Source of the DNA: Sphaerodactylus townsendi
Lineage: Eukaryota
Assembly (NCBI RefSeq): GCF_021028975.2
Contig: NC_059425.1
Span: 23,994,001 to 24,058,000, forward strand
Direction: 5' to 3'
Length of the DNA stretch: 64,000 nucleotides
Shown piece after piece: positions 59,546 through 64,000 of this stretch. Numbering within the stretch: the stretch's first letter is position 1; the number at the start of each line of letters is the position of its first letter. Under the pieces are notes generated by a model. It was not told where the DNA came from, ran no database searches, and saw only the letters and a list, made by a program, of their open reading frames with translations. A program made the position numbers and the translations under genes.

Positions 59546-61463
59546 TAGCAAGGTAAACCTTTTATTCTAACTTCAGCCACAGCCATTTGTACCTGTAAGC
59601 AGTGAAGTATTCTGTGCTTGCAGTTTTATGACATCTTTGAGTTTGCAGCTGGGCTCTAACTCACAGACAAATGGCTGTTCCTATGGCTGATTTATTGGGT
59701 GCATTCTCAGATGGAAGGCACGTTTCCACACGCACCAGTGAAGAATTGGCCATCTCCATATATTGCCATATGTTTATTCATTTACTACACCAGTGTCCTG
59801 GCCGTTATTGGTTTAAAAGCAAGGAGTGGTTTGTTCTTTAGGTGGAAGATATGCTAGAAAAATGTAATTGTTCTTATCAGTAAATCAAAACAGCAGCTGC
59901 AGCATGGGAAATAGCCACCTCTGCACTATGAGACACATAGCCATCTGTCCTTTATGTCCATGTGCACTAAAGAAAAAAGCCCTTCATTCCCAATTGGAAG
60001 ATTTAATTTCTAGAAACCCTGGAGAAGGAGCTGACCTCTAGAGCATGATAACATTAGCAGTTTCACACAATGAAGTTTTTAAGCTGCTTTGAATTGCCTT
60101 TGGATGATAGAACAGAAATATATTAATAAATGAATCCAAAAGGCCCAAGCAGGAATTGTGATTTATCAGGGCATATAGGGTTGTCAGTTCTGAGCTGGGA
60201 ATAACTGAATATTTTGCAGGGGGTGGGGGCGGGGAGCCTAAGAAGGAAAGGGTTTGGGGAGGGACATCAATGGAGTATAATACCATGGTGTCCACCTTCC
60301 AAAGTGGCCATTTTCACTTGGAAATCAGTTGCAATAGTGGGAGATTTCCAGCCACCGACTAGAGGCTGGTAACCCTAGAGACGGAGATTGGGAAATGGGA
60401 TTTTCCTGGTAAACAGAGACACTGAGTTAGGTATGGGAACTATATATTTAACAGGTAGCCGGAGACTCTTCCTGTACTGTTACTGGCAGTGAAGAACAGA
60501 GAACTTTGCCCAGCATTTGTTTCTCCAGTGATCCACAGCAGAGTCCTTTTTAGTGTTCAATGAAGACCTCTTTTTCCCTTTTCACAAATGGAGGATATAA
60601 GGACATAAACTCTGCTGGGTTAAGCCAGCTGTCCATTTAATCCACCATCTTGTTTGTCAGGTCCTATTCCAGTTGTTGGCAGAGATGCTAAGAGTTTCTG
60701 GAGGCAAAAAAAGTTTACATTCCAGAGTGCTTGTCCTGTAGCTTCCAGTAGCTGCCTGAGTACTTGCTTGTCTACATTTGTAATACCTATTCAACCTGTA
60801 CATTTGCAAACTGTAATAAAATCATGAGTGGAGGGGTCCATTGCAATCCCCTCTAGCAGGAAACACGCGCTAGGCAGGGAGCAAATTCCCACCACAGAAG
60901 CATGCACAACACTATTTCATTGGTTTATGTTTCTCTATATCTCTGTGATAAGCTTGGCAGGAGAAATATTGACTACAGTGTCCTACTGTTCTATCAATAT
61001 TTGTTTTGCAGAATTGTACTTTGCCTGAAGTGGAGATAGGTTTGCATTGCAGACTTGAAACTACCCACTCCAGGAAGCAATGTTGTTTAGTGAGGTCACT
61101 CTCAGAGGGAATGTTCCAAGGACTTGGGAATTAAGAGGGTGTTCTGTCTGTCGTGCTGACCAATTCATTTGGTACTTATTTACATCCTGGTTTTTCCCCA
61201 AATTGGACTTAAAAGCAGCTTAGAATGTTGTTCTCCCCTCCTCCACTATCTCACAATAATTCTCTGAGGTAGGCCAGGCTGAGTGTTTGTGGTAGGCTCA
61301 AGGTTATCCAGTGAGTTTCCACGGTAGAACTGGGAATTTGAATCTGGGTCTTCCAGGAACCTAGTCTAACACTTTATCCAGTACTAGCTGCACTGACAAA
61401 CTAAAGCCATCCTCAGTTTTCCTTTTTCACTCAGACAAAGCTTTTGAGTATAGTGGTGGTACA

Positions 61464-61532
61464 TTGAAGTATTACATTAATTAATCTCTTGAAGTATTAC
61501 ATTAATTAATCTATTACATTAATTAATCTCTT
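61464..61532. repeat. AT-rich tandem duplication (TTGAAGTATTACATTAATTAATCTC) at the L2 5' junction
   Basis: Two near-complete units plus one partial unit. Confidence 0.85.
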
Positions 61533-61589
61533 GTTAGGTCCCCAGCGACACAAACTCTGGGATGACTTATTCAACAACAGGTGTGCATG

Positions 61590-63995
61590 TGGTCTTATCC
61601 TCTGTAGAAGAGTGCCGTGGTCTGACCACTATGTCCTGAAGGCTCGGATTGATGCTCCTATGCCCCCCCGTCTAGGTGACGGGCATATTTTAGCCCGCCC
61701 ACGGAGACTAATGGAACCAGAACGGTTCCAAAATGCTCTACGGGAACTCCCGCCCACTGGCGCTACTCTAGATGAGCTGGTAGAGAGCTGGGACACCAGG
61801 CTCTCTGAAGCCGTCAACGGTATCGCTCCAAAGCGTCCTCTCCGTACCCGCATCAACCCGGCTCCTTGGTACACCGAGGAGCTGAGGAAGATGAAAAGGG
61901 AACTGAGACGGCTTGAGCGAGGGTGGCGGCGGGTACTTGACGAGGGGTCAAGACACTCATATCGATCGTTTATGAAGTCCTATGAGAGTGCTGTGAAGGA
62001 GACGAAGCGGGCATATTTTGCTTCCGCTATTGAATCTGCTAGTTCGCGCCCAGCACAATTGTTTCGTGTAATTCGGACGTTGACGACCTCTTCGATAGGT
62101 CCAAAAGAGACTGATTTGGCATTAGACTGTGAGGCTTTTGCGAACTACTTCACACACAAAGTCCTGACCCTCCGCCAATCCCTCCCTGCCACTATTGATA
62201 CGGTATGTGAACTAGAGGCCCCTGGGCCGTCTTTGGGTCCTTTCTTGGACCACTTCAGCTTACTTGACCCAACGAATGTTGACAGGATCCTGGATGCTGT
62301 ACGATCTACCACTTGTCCTTTTGACCCGTGCCCTTCCTGGTTGGTGAAAGCCGGCAGGGAGGAGCTTCGGAGCCACCTGTTGGATATAGTCCCTTGAGCA
62401 AGGAGTTTTTCCTGGTCAGCTTAAAGAGGCAGTGGTCCACCCGCTCCTAAAAAGACCGCACTTAGATCCTGGAGATCCGGCCAATTACCGCCCAGTTTCC
62501 AATTTACCATTTTTGGGCAAGGTAATTGAGCGAGCGGTGGCTGCTCAGCTCCAGCGATTTCTGGATGACACAAACGTACTGGATCCCTTCCAGTCTGGCT
62601 TCCGCGCTGGTCATGGGACCGAGACGGTGCTGGTCACTGTTGTGGACGACCTCCGACTACACTTGGACAGAGGCGGTTCGGCGCTGTTGGTGTTGTTAGA
62701 TCTCACCGCAGCGTTCGATATGGTAGACCACGACCTTTTGGTCCACCGCCTCGCTGGTATCGGGGTTCGAGATTCAGCCTTAAATTGGCTGATCTCGTTC
62801 CTCCGAGATCGGGGACAGCAGGTGGCATCGGGGGGTGAGATCTCCAAGCGTCGCCCCATTATGTGTGGGGTGCCGCAAGGAGCGATACTCTCCCCGATGC
62901 TTTTTAATATCTACATGCACCCCCTGGCGAGTCTAGTTCGGAGTTTTGGGCTGCAGTGTCATCAATACGCTGATGACACCCAGCTCTTGTTCACAATGGA
63001 GGGCAGCCCGACCTCGGCCCCTGATGCTCTCCAGCGTTGTCTTGATGCTGTGGCTGGTTGGTTGAGTGCAAGTCGGCTGAAGCTGAATCCCACTAAGACG
63101 GAGGTCCTGTGGCTGGGCCGGGGGGAATGTCCAGTGGCCTTTGGCCTGCCTACCCTTCTTGGCGAGACGTTAAAATTAACTTTGTCTGCCAAGAGCCTGG
63201 GGGTGACTCTGGATCCATCTTTATCATTGGTGGTCCAGGTCACCCAGACAGCCCAGGCAGCTTTTTACCATCTGCGGCAGGCACGACAACTGGCCCCGTA
63301 TCTCTCCCGTTCTGATCTGGCCACTGTGATCCATGCCACGGTCACCTCTAGATTAGACTACTGTAACTTGCTCTACGCGGGCTTACCTTTGGCCATGATC
63401 CGGAAACTGAAACTCGTACAGAATGCGGCAGCCAGACTCCTTTCTGGAGCAACAGCAAGGGACCGGATTACTCCGGTCCTATACCAACTGCACTGGCCGA
63501 TCAAGTACCTGGGTCATGTTTAAAGTTTTGGTTTTGACCTTTAAAGCCATTCGCGGCCTTGGCCCTGCATATCTAAGGGACCGTCTCTCCCTATATCGCC
63601 CTTCTAGGCCCCTCCGTTCATCGGAGGTGGACCTACTGGTGATCCCTGGCCCCAAGGTGATCCGGCTGGCCTCTACAAGGGCCAGGGCTTTTACGGCTCT
63701 GGCCCCTACCTGGTGGAACAGGCTTCCAGGTGAGATCAGGGCCCTGCGGGATTTACAAAGTTTCCGCAGGGCCTGTAAAACGGACCTGTTCCGCCAGGCG
63801 TTTGGCCAGCCGGGATGTCAACTCCGCCATAAGAACATCTGGCCTCCCGTGGGTTCATAAAAAGGGGAATAGAATAGCTGAAGCCATCTCTAGTCTAATA
63901 TTTTATGTATTTTAATTAACTTATATATATGATGCTTTAACTTTTTATTTTGTTGGAAACTGCCCTGAGCCTTCGGGGAGGGCGGTATACAAATA
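61590..63995 (+). mobile_element. L2-clade LINE, 5'-truncated, young, two frameshifts in ORF2
   Basis: WSDH endonuclease end; RT motifs NYRPVSNLPFLGK, LDLTAAFD, GVPQGAILSP, YADD; C-terminal RAFTALAPTWWNRLP; frameshifts at ~62395 and ~63500; 3' tail GCCCTGAGCCTTCGGGGAGGGCGGTAT. Confidence 0.93.
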
Positions 63996-64000
63996 CAATT

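Overview
Vertebrate genomic DNA from a squamate reptile, most likely a gecko, judged from the SINE, CR1 and hAT content. Three complete spliced genes sit in the order of human 1q22. CCT3 (+) has 14 coding exons at 2571-19867 (545 aa). GLMP (+) has 6 exons at 25739-41264 (401 aa). TMEM79 (-) has 3 coding exons at 53204-47678 (391 aa). Head-to-head with CCT3, behind a ZNF143/NRF1/CCAAT CpG promoter, two minus-strand exons (1523-1514, 1357-1220) encode a peptide resembling the N-terminal half of mammalian TSACC. Introns and spacers are dense with TEs: Squam3-type tRNA SINEs, 5S-derived SINEs, young CR1 and L2 LINEs, SPIN/URR1-like and other hAT MITEs, Tigger-like MITEs, and Penelope-derived inserts, one with an intact minimal hammerhead ribozyme core. 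The most unusual structure is a palindromic MITE core carrying the ZNF143/THAP11 motif that occurs with three different hAT terminal repeats. Family names are from memory; no database searches were run.
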